A DNA stretch of 64,000 nt from Lingula anatina (taxonomy: Eukaryota; Animalia; Brachiopoda), in NCBI GenBank assembly GCA_051362555.1, contig CM120640.1, forward strand, positions 64,706,788-64,770,787. The letters are read 5' to 3'. The notes under the pieces are model-generated. The model was given only the letters and a program-made list of their open reading frames with translations, searched no databases and was not told the DNA's origin. Positions 1-14,200 of this stretch are shown piece by piece; the first letter of the stretch is position 1; every line of letters starts with the position of its first letter. The position numbers and the translations under genes are program-made.

Positions 1-2899
1 TTTTTCCCTTTCTTCTTTCTCTCTCTCTCACTCTCTCTCTCTCTCTTTTAATTTTTTTGAGTTAGCGTGTGTATGCGTCACGAAATAGTCAAGATTTACA
101 CCTCACAGCCCATTTCTTAAAATAAAATAAATATCAAATATGTTACAAGGTTGCAAAATGAATCGGTATAGGCGTTCTCGGTAAAATATTGTCGTTCCTT
201 CTCTCTTTGAGCATATATTGATCTTCAACTTCCGAGTTAAGATTTACCCACAGTCTATGTGTAGTGCATTATGTGACAATCAATGGTCATCATTGTCCTT
301 GGCGCGAATGACCACTTAATCCAGAAAGGCCACGTGTCTATCACTGTTCTTTAATAATCTATTCGTGGATTGCCCAAAGATATGTTGTTAATGTCTGGTA
401 TCATCACACGGTGGACATCGGTGGCCTATTGATGCACGTACCAGTGTTTCTTTGACTCGACCCTGTGCTGATTATCGAATAATTAATGCACCCTTGGTTC
501 CTCATGAACTTGATGGGAATATGGTTTGTTGGATTAATAAGTGGTTGTACATTAAAAATGAAACAGTTAGGAAAATGAGCTTTTAGAAGGAGAAGATGGC
601 CATTTTAATAATGAATGGGTACATTGAGAGATGGTATATTTCTAAAAATCATTTTTAAATTATACATCAAATGGATTAGGAAATTGAACTCTCGAAAGCG
701 TGTTTGGTCGTATGAACAATACTACCACTGCGTGAATTTTTCAGTTATGAAAATTCTCATGACAAAAGGGATTGCCCTGACTGACGAAGTTATACTGCTT
801 TCTTTTTAGTAAAATGGTTTTCCAAGGATTTTTTTTTTAAATAGATAAAGAATGTTTGTAATAAAGTCAGTGATGGTTGTCATCATGGCCATATTGTATT
901 AGATGATTATTTCGCTTTCTCGCAGAGTTGACAATATTAAAATCCAATAACTGTCTAGATTTATTTTCTTAAATAACATTGCTGAGTAACCCGGTGCAGA
1001 ATTACGGACATAGGTAAGGTTTCTCGGTTAGATGGATTCTTTACAGAACAAAATGGATTTGATGACAGCTTTGTAGTTGAAATGAGAAGGAAAATGGCCA
1101 AAATTACATAATCGAAAATTCTCAGAATTAAGCGCAAGTGTAAGGTTACTGTATTTAATTGTCCAGCATATGAAGTTCGTGCAGTGTTCGTTGTGAATCA
1201 GGGAAATTGGCTTCCATTAGAAATCAATGTCTTCAGTTATTATTACTTTATCAATCGATGTCTTCAGTTATTATTACTCCATCCAGTCGTTCTAATTTAC
1301 ATGTGTCTGTTTTCTTGAGAGGTTAGTGAAGCACTCACGAATGTGTAGAAAACAAAGATTCGTTCCGTTTCACAAAATAAGTCTCAGTTGTCAGTTCTTA
1401 TAAAGACTTACATTCCTGATGCTATTAAGATAAGTTTATTATATAACATTTAGCCTGAAATTTGAAAAGGAAATCAGAACCATTGATCATTTTAACTAAA
1501 CATATAATGCAAAATCCCGTCTATGATTTCGTCTCACTAATCCTACCTAGGAAAATAACAAAAAGGTCAAAATGGCGCGTACATGGTTGGTTTTTTCTTT
1601 TTCATTGATACCATTAACATTGGTACGTTGCAGGATTTACGTTCAATTTAAACACAATAGGATGTCTTCTACTTGATATGACATTTTGTCGAATTATCTT
1701 ATAAATTGATTATGAAGGCTAATCAAAAATATATTTATTCTTTTATTCACGGCAGCCGTGCGTTTTTTATTGGCAGGTGTCTCATACGACGTGATGTTTG
1801 CGTTTTGAGAGGTCTCACTAGGTCCTGAATTTACAGAAATAAGTAGCTGATTTTCTTCGCCAGGGTTGCCTTCGTAAATGTAGTTATTGTCAAAACTTTT
1901 GTACCGACAATAATAGTGATTCGATGCCGGAGGCGATGCTTCGGGGTTCTTTGCGTTATAAAATTTGTTCAAAATAAATTGTCGTCTGCTTTTACGACAT
2001 AAATTTGTTTGCACGTATAAGGGTAATTTGCAACGTTTACAATTTGATGGAGATTCGTCCCACGCTACCTGTTCCTGAACATGAATTCATATATTCATAT
2101 TTGACTCAATTTTTCCCTTGTGCCTTAAGCATCATTTCAGTCGTAACAAGAAATGGCAAGTGAGAAATTCAAACAAAAAAATCGATAACCGGAACGATGT
2201 TTTCAAAGGACTTTTTTTACCTTTTGTTCCAGCTATCAGTTATAGCAACTAGGGTGGCTCCCATTCATACACAGAACTTTTATTGTCATCTCAGCGTTTA
2301 CAGAGTAATAAAGCTCATCATCATATCAATAAAGTGTAAGATTATTAAGCAAACTATCACAATTTAAGGACATTAATTGGGTCGAATATCATATTTATCA
2401 CTAGAAATGAGCTAACAATGAAAATAACTCTTACCTAATTGAATAAGTGAGTCACAGGTAATTCAGCCGCACAGTTAATTGAGTTTACTGCACTTTAACG
2501 ATGTTTCGCCCCAGTACTACTTTAGGTTGATTAAACTATCTGCATATATATTTGTGTTTATTAGATTACGTAAACTAATCTGCTTCTGGCAAAATTATTC
2601 CAGAAAATGATTTTGTTAGAATGAATTTCATATCGTGTCGTGTGTCATTTGATTGTAGTATTTCCTTTTGCTTATTTTATTTTTTAAAATGAATGGCTAA
2701 GGCTACCGTTAAATAATACATACCATGGATTACTTTAGATGCATGAAATACGATGTATTTTCAATACGTTTTTTATGCTAAATATTTAACCTTGGGCTTT
2801 TAATGTCACATCTTATTTCCAACAGTGAATGCATGCAAACTCAGATACAGCATGGAACAAAGAAGGCGTAGTTTTAAATCGATTTTCTCTCTCTTTCAG

Positions 2900-5800
2900 C
2901 CGAAGAATGCCGGTTCCCAAGTTCTTGGCAAGGGAGATGGTTCCAAGGAGACCTGGGGGACATACAGATCTCTTCGGATTCCTTCTTGCCAAAGGGGAGA
3001 TGTATACAGAATATAGAGAAGACGTTTCTTCTTGAGAGCAAAGACGAGTAAGTTTGATTAATTCTCCAGTTTATTTTATTGATTAAGCCCTTTTTGTTCG
3101 TTTTAATTTGTTGTTATTTGTTTTTTAAAACATTTTGATTTTTATATCCAGTTTTTGAAAAACAATTTCATAATGCCATTCAAATTTCTTATGCTATGTA
3201 GCATAACAGCAGCTACCGGTACTCGTGCAGCAGCTCTCAGAAGGTTGGCATCACTGCAAAGAGAACATGATTATTAAAAAAAATGTATTTTGGTGGACCA
3301 ATAAACAAGTAACTTCTATCGCTCTAACCAACTATAAAAAAGACAAATTGCAAATAGTGCACCGGTAAGACACCCATGAAATGTGACCGCAGTTAATAGT
3401 TTTCCAAATTGTAGGGGATGAGCAACACACAACACCTTTCTATGATGTCACCTGTCCAAAATATAGCTCCGGGTTGTGCATGTAATTCATCATTCTATTT
3501 ATCTGACATAATATTTTCGCCCACGGAGGGAACAATATTCCTGACGTCACCCTGGGTTTCAGAATCGTACACTGACTCGCCGCCACATATTATACGCTTC
3601 CTGTCGTGTCTAGCTGAAGTCGGTACCAAGGACAGCTTCAACATCTAGAAATCAGGGTCCCTGGGTTTGATAAATTGATCGCCATTGAGACTTCCGAGAG
3701 ACAATGGCCCACAGGATCATTAGTTCTGCGTAGTCAAGCTGAAACCACTATACTGAATCACAGCTTCCGCATTGTATGTTTATCATTTACAATACCAGTA
3801 TTTGAAAAATCGCCTTTTTATACCCAATCAATTTTAAGTCTCATAGCACTAAGTCGCTTTAAATGCCCTCTACCGGGGATTAGATATTTGAAATTTGTAG
3901 GTCGAAGATTTCCTACAATTTTGTATTAGACTCATTCAAACAGACAAAGTGAAAACCTTTAAATTGTGTTCAAGTGTTTTAGCAATAGACGCAGTTTTTG
4001 TCTGCGTTTTAGCAACCGATTACAAGAACTGGATGGTAATGTACAAATCTTGTCTTTAGTAGGGCCTACGTGCATCTTACTTTTTATGAATTAAGAAATT
4101 ACAAGTAGTTTGAATCATGAAGTTGTCATGTCCGAATATTTATTCATTCGTAACATTTCAAATATTTATAATTGATAAGAAGACAAGTGCGAATTATGAC
4201 CGTCTTTTATATATTTTTGGTTTCTTTCTATATGTGGAGGAGAAAGCTTCTTGAACCAGTGCGCGGCTAGCTTTCCCTTTCTTTCTCTTATTTGAGCAGT
4301 AATAATGAAGAACAAAATTATATCAAGTGTTTAAAAATAAAACAAAAGTATATACTACCACCATCTTGTCATCAATGAAAATCTACAAGTAAAAAGCCAA
4401 AAAAGTAAAATTTTGCAATACCTGTAGAAACAAATAAAAAGGGTTTTTGATTGCCTTTTGCCATAAGTCACTTATTCATTTCAATCAAGAATGAAATGAA
4501 AAGGAAAAAAAAGCCAAAAATGATGCATTTGTCGTCAAACGTGCCGCTGGGGTTATTCCGTCGCCATTCGGACATTTTACATGGCCTGTGATTGCGACGC
4601 TATTGTGTGCCTTGAAAGAAATGATCGATTCTCAGGATTAATGGACCAACGCTATTTCCTACAATTTGCCTTTAATCTTAAGGTTCCTTTTGAAAAAAAG
4701 AATGATTGATAAAGTCGTATAGGTAATCTTGGACCAGAATTGAACAAAGTCTGATTTTCCCGTCTCCCAGTTCCGATCGCTGGAACCGAAACTGTCGTCT
4801 GCCAGTAAGGAGATCATGGAGAAAAATTGACCGCACGGCATGAAAATTGTAAATGGCTTGGCTTTTATCGATTTCGTATCACTCTGAATGCAATCTTGGT
4901 ATAAAAGGCTCTGATAATACAGTCATAGCGATGTTATTTGTGTTTTATTCTCGTAATCAAGGATAGCTGGTCTCGTCTGCTAGATAAATGCCAACTTCAC
5001 ACGCACTTGCGCTTTCTATCTTTTCTCCAACAATCAATCTTTCCGTTTATACTCAGTACTCCTACAAAAGAGCTGAATATCTAGCACGGGCTACAAGACA
5101 TTAAACTTTTAAAGATTAGATGATTTTTATCAGGCCTGCAAGCCTATGTTATCAATGTTTTAACGTCCCCCCTTCTTTTTTGAACATTTTAGTGGAATTT
5201 TTGCTAGCAGAAATCCACATAAAAATGTTTTATTTTCAAATACACAATTGGAATGGTTTTTCTTCTCTGTGTTTGCTCACTTGACAGATTTTTTACATAC
5301 ATACATACAGGCATTTTTTACATACATACATACAGGCATTTGTGGATTAACTGTTGTATTACAGATTTTTAAGGTAAAGTCAGCGTACATAATTTGTTCC
5401 ATTTTCAAGGTGCTTGTCCCATTAGGACGAATACGAATTCTCTTAGTTTTTTTCGTCGAAGTAAATTTCAGTGCCCTTATATTGTGAAGATAACGAACAC
5501 AAACCATGCCTTATCAGGAATGAAATTTAAAATCAGATGTAAAAAGAGCACATCACCATGGAGATTACCCTTTGTGGCAGGAAGGACAGGTGTTGCTCGA
5601 AGCCCACTGCGTGACTTTGCTTCATGGTTCGAAGAAAGATAGCGACCTGGTCTAAAGGAAGTGAAATATTTCTAGGGTTACATGTGCTTCAAATGGTCGA
5701 TACACAGCTGCTACTAGGTTATAACTGAAGTGAAAAAAAGCCGTGAACAAGTTCTTAAAAATGAAACCAAATCGTTCTGTTTTGCTAGGTCTCTGTCTAA

Positions 5801-6034
5801 GATTTTTTCAGCAAACAGACCGCCTCTTTCTTGTCATAGTGTTAGGTTACCATAGCAGTTAAGGTGCTTTGTGGTTTATATGGCTTATGCATAATATTAT
5901 CTTTCTTCGTAAAACCTCAGTCTTTTAAATATTTATCGTGAAAACGATATGGCAGGTCCATGAGATCGCAGAATACATAACAGCGTGGCTAGCCAGCTGC
6001 AAACAAAGCTCTCTTGCACTCACGCGCGCATGCC

Positions 6035-6076
<42 letters not shown>

Positions 6077-7853
6077 TGCATGCATACATGCACGATGAAC
6101 TAGATAATTTATTTTAGCATCATTTACATTCCTTTTCTTGCCAAGCCCATTGCCCTAAAAGAAAACACAACAAAGCATTTTACTTTTTGTGCACGAAGTG
6201 AAAACTATTTCTCATTCCATATATTGTTAAATGTTCAATTCGGAAATCGCTCGGGAACCCAATTTCAATTTACTCTAATATGCCTCGAAATGGGAAACTC
6301 TGTCCCCGGTGACAAAAGGGGAGCCGTTTAGAAAGTTGCTCACGCAAATTGGTTCGGCTTTTCATGAGCTGTTAGTGTCTTCAAATAAGCCATCACGCTT
6401 TAGAAGTTTATTATCTATCGCCTTTTTGTATGTTAAAACCTTTTAGTGAAAGCACAGGGATGAAAGGGGCGATGCATTATCTATCTTTTTCGTGTCAATA
6501 AATTGGATTTTGTTGGTCGTGGGCAATAATTGCGCTGATTTTTCTACATTTTTCATTATTAAAACAGAAAGGCTTAAACATAGGTTCCAGTTTTTTCCTT
6601 TTGTGACTAGAGATTCGATTATTCCCAAAGGATCTGCGCGACCTTATTTCACATGCGTTTTACCTGGCATATGTTACGTGATGTAAGATGATCAAGTCTG
6701 TGCTGCTAACGACGTTATACACTTCTTCTAGATAATACATATGATGGTATATAGTTTAATCTTCGAAACACCTACTTCTTTTGTTTTGCTGTTGTGTTTT
6801 GGCGTATTCTAGCTATACCCAGTATAGCGCCATGACATAAATGGGTTAATAATAATTGGTAAATACATAAATAAATAAATAATTCCAACAATGAGACAAT
6901 TTCAATTTTTTAATTTCTTTATTATATTTTTAATTAATTTTTATTTTAATTATTTTCCTCATCCGCCCATGGGAGGCAAGCATATGTCGGCCTTCTATGG
7001 CTCGACGCTGCATTCAGTTGAAAGTGCTGAACATTGGAATCCTTTGTGCGTTTCTCTCGCTGGAGTGGTTTCCTCAGAGCCAGGCAAATAAAATTATGAA
7101 GAGAACAATATCTATTCCCAAATGCGCTCTCTGGATCATTATTAAATTATTGTAAATCCTTTAGTCAAACTGAACTCGAATTCGCCGTGAGCAAGTTGTT
7201 AAAAAACGCCATCCGTCGTGTCATACTTACAGCCGAGTTGGCTTCAGCAGTGAAACGAGGAACTACGAAGTTATGATCTGTATCGACTGGGAGGATATTT
7301 ATTTTCTAAATGTGCTTAAGGAATATTGACATAAAGGGTCTAATGCAATTTAATAGGAACAAAAAGGGAAAGTAACAAATTAATGCATTATGGGTAAAAA
7401 TGGATCGAAATGTGCGATGAACAAAAATGTTATTCACTAGAAAATGACTTATTGCTAGAATAAAGAATTAATGGAATTTTTGTATAACAGAGAAATAAAG
7501 AATGGCAATAAGTGGTTAATGCATCAAATAATGATGAGTTAAACAATTTTTGGTTGAAAAGTGCAAAAGAAACCCAGTGTGAAATACAATTGTAGCAACG
7601 GAAATTGTTCACCAACTTCTTGAAAACATTGCATTTGAATATTTTTGTTTTTTGTTTTGTTTCAGTGTGAGAATATGTTACTCCTGCGTTGTCATAACGG
7701 AGAGGCATTTTAATGTGCTGCAGTATAAACAAAGTAAGTATTCCTATCATGTATGATATGATTGCTCTTTAAGTCAATCCATATACATGTACAGGTGTAT
7801 GTAAAATACACAATTAACATCATTGATGAAACAGGTGTTGAACATCCGTGAAC

Positions 7854-7936
<83 letters not shown>

Positions 7937-8211
7937 TGTTCCTGTGAGGATATCCATAACCTAGAATCATAATGATAGAGCTGCATATCTGAAACTTTCT
8001 CTCAGTATAACAACCGAAGGGTGGATCAAATGATTTTTTCAGCCACGGTTATAAGCCTACTGGCAATAATAAACATGTCGCTTCCAATGTACGGAGGGTA
8101 AGGTGTCATATGAAGTTGCAGTTAATGCATGTCTAATCATTCACCGTTTTTTAGTTTGTTGTTTCCAGCCACTTCGGCCTATTAGCGGTGGCAAATATGA
8201 AATGTTTCGCG

Positions 8212-8246
<35 letters not shown>

Positions 8247-11200
8247 ATTATCGATGAATATAAAAGTGGTCATAGAATCTCAAAACGTCAGTCAAACGTT
8301 CAAAAGAGGAGCTTGCTACAGAGTATCAGAGAAGGGATTTCCAAACTACTCCGAAGTGTTGGTTATGTGGAAACATCAAATACCAAATGCGAAATGTCCG
8401 TGTCGCCAATTTGCAAAAATGCATCCATACAAGCTATGATTAACCCCATGTTTGCACGAACATATAATTGTGCTGTGTTTAGGGTAATAACGATAATTAC
8501 CTGAAAACACACCTGGATGGATGAATCATCAATATTTCCAAAACGTACTTTAAGTAGCTTTTTCTTTGTTCAGGCTTTTTGTACGAGTAATATTTCATAT
8601 CTGTTCGTGAATTAACGGACCCATGAACATTTCCCGGGAAACTCATAAGGGATATTCTTAGTTAACACAAGGATACGCTAGAGAACATAAAAAGATATTG
8701 GAAAAGAAAACAACCCTTACTGGTATACAGTCGCAGTTCATAAAATCAATATGCTGCAAATGCCGCAGTCACTAGGATGGAAGGTTCTCTCATATATTGT
8801 CATGGTGCATTATACCACACATTATTAAGGCTGCACATGCGACTATATGACATTTTTAGTATTTGCAATTTATTTGAGGTTGAATATATTTATTGAAAGC
8901 AGACAACAAAAGGCAAATATATTTGATCAGGTGTGTTGTGCACTCAAAGTTATAATAAAATATTCTTCCGACAACAATCAAAAATCTTATCACCATCTAA
9001 AAAACATACAGTTCTCTGTCTATTTGTCTAGTGTTTACATTTAATGATGTTCAAATATAACCAAATACTACTTTATTTGTGAATCAGGTGTCCACTGCAA
9101 CCAGGCATACAACAGTATCCAAACCGCGTGTGTCATCCGAGGGGACGCTCCGCTTTTTACCTTAGTGAGGGGTAGGTACTCGTACTGTTTCCACAATCTT
9201 TTTACATGTATTTTGCAATTGCGCTGCTGTATTTGTAAATTTAAAGTTTTTCTGCGTGCTGATACGTTGTAGGGATTCTCACAAATTTACTATGAGGTGG
9301 GCAGATTAGATTGGCAACTTTTTTTCTTCATCCAATATGGTGTATATGTCACTTGTTCAGCCGAGGCCCTCCGGTTAGAATGACTATGGTTTCCTTTTGG
9401 TCCGCCACAACTATCACAAATACCACTTCGGGATCAACAACACAAAAATACACCTCACCCAACGAAAATGACTCATTTTAAAACTAAAAATATTCAGCCG
9501 AATACAAAAACAAGCGACAGTATCACAGCCCACATGTTGCAAACACTACCACAATATTAGAACACATTACACAACGAAACCAACTTTTAGAGATAGTGTG
9601 CGGCAAGAAAACCTAAAAGGATAAATGTTGCAACTCATTTAATGATAATTTAAAATTATCTAACATACGTTATTTGTGTTTAATTTCGTTTATAATAAGG
9701 GAGGAGTTGACAAGAGTAGAACATAAGTTATATGGTTTACACTGTCTTTTACTTGAATTGCTGTTAAAACTGAATTAAAACTGAAGGTGGACGAAAGTTG
9801 ATCTGTCACCGCATTGAATTGTTGCATTACATAACATGTCATAATCAGGTATATTCGGCATGACGTTTATGCTATACTTAAATCCGTTTTTTGTCCAATC
9901 GTCCCCACTGTTTGGCCTGTCAGTTTACACAAAGTTCTAAACTTATGGGAATGAGACAATGAAATTTATCACTGCAAATCACTGCTCAGCCATATTCGCT
10001 TAGGGCATGTTCTTTATATCTAATCGATATAATCATTTTAAAATGCATGTAATTCACCCCCCATCTCTTCTCTATCTACTGTGATCTCCAACCCCTCGGG
10101 TTCTTATATATCTCATTTATTTGATATAATAGTTCCCAGGGGGAGGTTCTGCAGTATTATTCTGCAACTTGATTTTCTGCAATTCTGTTATCACCAGAAT
10201 TTCCATTCCTCATGGAATTCTGGCGTCCAGTAGAAGAAGATTATGCATTTATTTTAGATTTTTCGGCCGGAATTAATTTCAATTAATCAAAATTGCATGA
10301 AATACTTTCTTCTAAAATTCAGCTTGTCTTTCTTGATCCATTTGACTCATCATTTGCCGACAACTTGCATACCCTTATTGAGCCCTGAAATTGTACGGAA
10401 AGTTCTAAACTTTTGTGCTAAAAAATTCACTTTTGGTTTTCTAATAGAACATTTCAAAATAAAAAAGCATGAATGAGCATGTGTTTAAATTTCAGCTAGT
10501 TGTTGAACCAAGTTTTATTCTTGTTTGAATTGGCCGTAGGGAAATACAGCGGTTCTCCCATCAGATAGATAGAAACAACGCAAAGAGTTTTATGATATCA
10601 ATAAATGTCACAAATTCAGTTATTTAGATTGAAGGAAACCTTTAAAAGGTGACTTAAGTTTTCAATTCTATTAATTTGATGGTTATATCCGTCCATCAGT
10701 GCACTGAGGGCAAGTTCTGAAAAAATGATAAAACGATCGTCTGTCAGATTGAAAACTGAACTTAGAGGACATCAAGCAATGCTTATTTAACTCTGCATTA
10801 TTATGCACTGTCTGTTGGTATTGGTTCATCGTTGCCGTTTTGGAGTTGACTTTGGAACAGCTCTCCTTTCTCTCAGCATTACCAGCTAGGTCTGAAGAAT
10901 AAGTTTAGTTCAGTCAGAGACCATGCATTTACAGTTGTAAGCACAGAAATCTAATTTAACTGCATGCAACAAGTGACACTCCCTGTGTGTGTTTGATGCA
11001 ACTTATTTCAACAGTCGGGTTAGTTTTTCATTTCTTAAAATAGAAATCTGGCCTCACTGTCTGCTAAGTTTGTACGTAACAAGCTGAACCGCCACTCTTT
11101 CTTAGGGAATGCGGTTGTTTTGAAAGGTGGCATGTCTAAATCGTGATCATCCGAAGCTGTTGACACGGCGTGATTTCATACAACAATAGAAAACATGCGA

Positions 11201-14200
11201 GAATCCGCGTGAGGTGGACTTTACTTTTAGGCGATTTTAAGCATTGATTTCTGTTATAAGTTGATTTAGAAGAGGTCGGTGTGGAAGGTGCGGTTTCCAA
11301 TGCGAGGTTGCTTAAATGACATTCCTAATTGGGAATCCCTGGCCCTTAAGTCGTGATTAAGAACCTGCAATGCCTGAAAAAAATAATTTAAAAAGCATGC
11401 AAAATTGCGCCTTTAATCTTCATTCCATTTAATATAACATCGGTCTGAAAGAATACTTCTTTCCTTCGGGTTTAAATGATGTTAAGTAATGCGAATTGCA
11501 ATCGACCCTGTGTTCAATCTTAATTACAGCGTAAGTGATAAATGTCACTGCTGAAGGAAAGGGCTCTTAGTTTCTGCAGTATTTCTTTCTTGGAACGTAA
11601 ATGTACTATTCCTGGTGTTCTAGGATTGCAGTGTTCTTTCTTTTTCTCGTAACCTTAGTTGCAAAGTAACGCGAACAGCATTTAGTATACGCAACTCTTA
11701 ATAAATACAAATAAAAAATGAACGATGATTTGTTCATTAAATTTGTTTTAAGGTGTCCAGCAAACCGTTTCAAGCGTTAATTTAAACCTTAAATGGTAAT
11801 CGATGTTATAAATGGTATGGTCTTTGTAGGGTTTATGTACAATCACATGTACTTGTACAACTAAATAAGTTATCGTGCCTTAGTTATCAACTGTTTCTTT
11901 TCTGTCCCTAAATGAAGTCCTATGATGGTTTTACATGTAAAACCAAATTACTTATTGGTAAAGGTCCAAGCTAAGAATCCCTGGTCAAACAAGCCATCGA
12001 TTTTCTTTCTTCTTCAACTGATGTCATTTGTGAAACGGCTACAAATCCGATGTTATCAGATGGGCCGGAGTCACCAAGTCTCAGCTTGACTTCAGCTTAA
12101 ATCTCAGGCAGACGATGCGTTAAAAGTGACTTTTTGCTGTAAAAGCAAAGATAACATTGACATCTCCCACATGACTGAATCTCCCTTTAACTTTTCCAGA
12201 CTTTTGTCTTCGGTAAATAGATGGTTTTCCTAATGTACGTATGAAACACAATATTTGATACGAGGATGTAGTCTTTTGTTTTGTTTTGTGTACATTACAT
12301 TAAGTGTAGGCCTACGATGAAGCGCAGTGATTTTTTTCTCATCGACATTTATGATATATTGTGCATGGTAACTTACACTACATCTAAGGCTCGTAATCAA
12401 TCATTTAACAAGTACTCATTAAAAAGTACATGTTCACCTTCCACTCCAGGTAATAAAACAATGTTCTCGTTATATTACAAATAGGTAAAGGTAATGTTAC
12501 TGTATAATCTCTGCATATAATTTTTTTTGAAGTTTCAATTTCTAATAGTTTGTGGTATTTTTGAAAGCAATACCATAACTGCAAGAATCGTGTACCTTTC
12601 AAAGCTGGGGGCAGGTTAGTGGTCGGTGTAACTTAACAAGTCGGTACTTTTATCTCAGAATATAATGAACGCCATTGCTACCTTGTTTGTTTGATTAATT
12701 ATTATTTTTTACAGAGCCTGCTACTCCTATTCCCAGCCCGTTCCAAGGTGCTTATACTTTTACATATGACAACATGACGGGCCTGTGTGACACGCCGCGC
12801 TCCCAGGTCGCCGGCTGTGCCAGCAACTCGCACCTCAAGTTCAGATTCAAAGAATGTCCGGGTTTCTATGACACTAGTAATTTAGGTAAGTGGCACACTA
12901 TTTGGAAATGAAGCACGGGATTTTACAATTACACATGTCAAATGTCTAAGGCTATCGTGTGCTTGATAATAGATTTTCGTGATAGTGATCACAACATTCA
13001 GGCAGATATTTTTTAACCATTTTGGCTAAAAAATTTAAAACCTTGTTTTGAGAAATCAATTCTCTTAAAACACCACACTTAGATTACAGTTAATTGCGCA
13101 CAACCACTGGAAAATTCGTACATCTCCAAGAACTGTGCCCAATGTGCCTGTTTCGATTGCTTCATGTTTCAAGACCTGTTCACTCTGGAACGATTGAGGG
13201 TCTGTTTAAAGTAAAGATGGCTTGACTATCTGAACAAGCCGCCCAATCATGCTTTTTAGTAATAGAATATATACGTATTCAAAACAGTCACAAACATTGT
13301 AATTGACGTACGTCGTGGGTCGTTTGATTGATTTTCTATGGTAAGAAATCGCTTTTGGATATCGTTATTATGGCGTTCTCAGATAGTACGCGCGCCAAGT
13401 CTGGTCGACCCACTTCCACTGGAAGCAGGCCTTAAGTGTACGCTTACGCCAACAGAATAAAAACAAATACAAGAGGAAGAAAACCAAACACGGTAGCAAC
13501 ATCACAGAGATACTGTTAATCTAATACCATGTAGATTCTAGATTTACATTCCTGACGGTGTCTTTAACGCACAATAATAACAGTACATAGAGAATGTGAA
13601 ACGCTGTAGCAAGACTAAAACTAATAGGTTTATTAAAGGGTGAAATTTATTATACGTCTTCGCTGTGCATATGTCATTCCAGCAGGGATATTGACAGCGC
13701 AGAATAAGGGACCTGGAGGTTAGGAAGATTAATGTGACATTGAGTAAATGATGATTAGAGTGTTAAGCTTTCTTCTTCCTTTGCTTTGTTTCAAAGGCCC
13801 TTATGGTGATGAGATAATGCCTAACTAATGGCGACGATTTTTCTTTACTTCCTAATGATTGTCATGGACTGAACAGCGGGAGCGATTGCTAAGTCATTAA
13901 AGATCGAATGTATTAATCAAACGGCTTGCAGTTAAATAAGCTATTATTGAGTGTTAGCCTGAAGTAAACAGAGGAAAATAAGAAGAATTAAGAGCAAAAC
14001 CTTTTGCATTTGTCTTAAGAATAACCTTTAAATTTTCAATTAATCAAACATGAGAAACTGAGTCTTTTAAAGTTGACATTCATTCTGTCGACGTGAATTA
14101 CGAACTGCCTTTTTAACTGCGGGCCACAATTTCGTATGTATGAAAACCATTAGGCCACTTTAAGCTACTGTTTTCCGGAGGGGAATCACCGAGTCGTTCG

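Noticed and set aside
1572-1622. ATG-initiated hydrophobic peptide MARTWLVFSFSLIPLTL followed by GTACGT, as candidate first exon of the DUF7042 gene
   Set aside because: The donor is phase 0 but the exon at 2900 needs phase 1. The true first exon may lie outside the window.
7710-8504. ORFs with SLSL/THTH/ERER runs
   Set aside because: They are translations of microsatellites, not genes.
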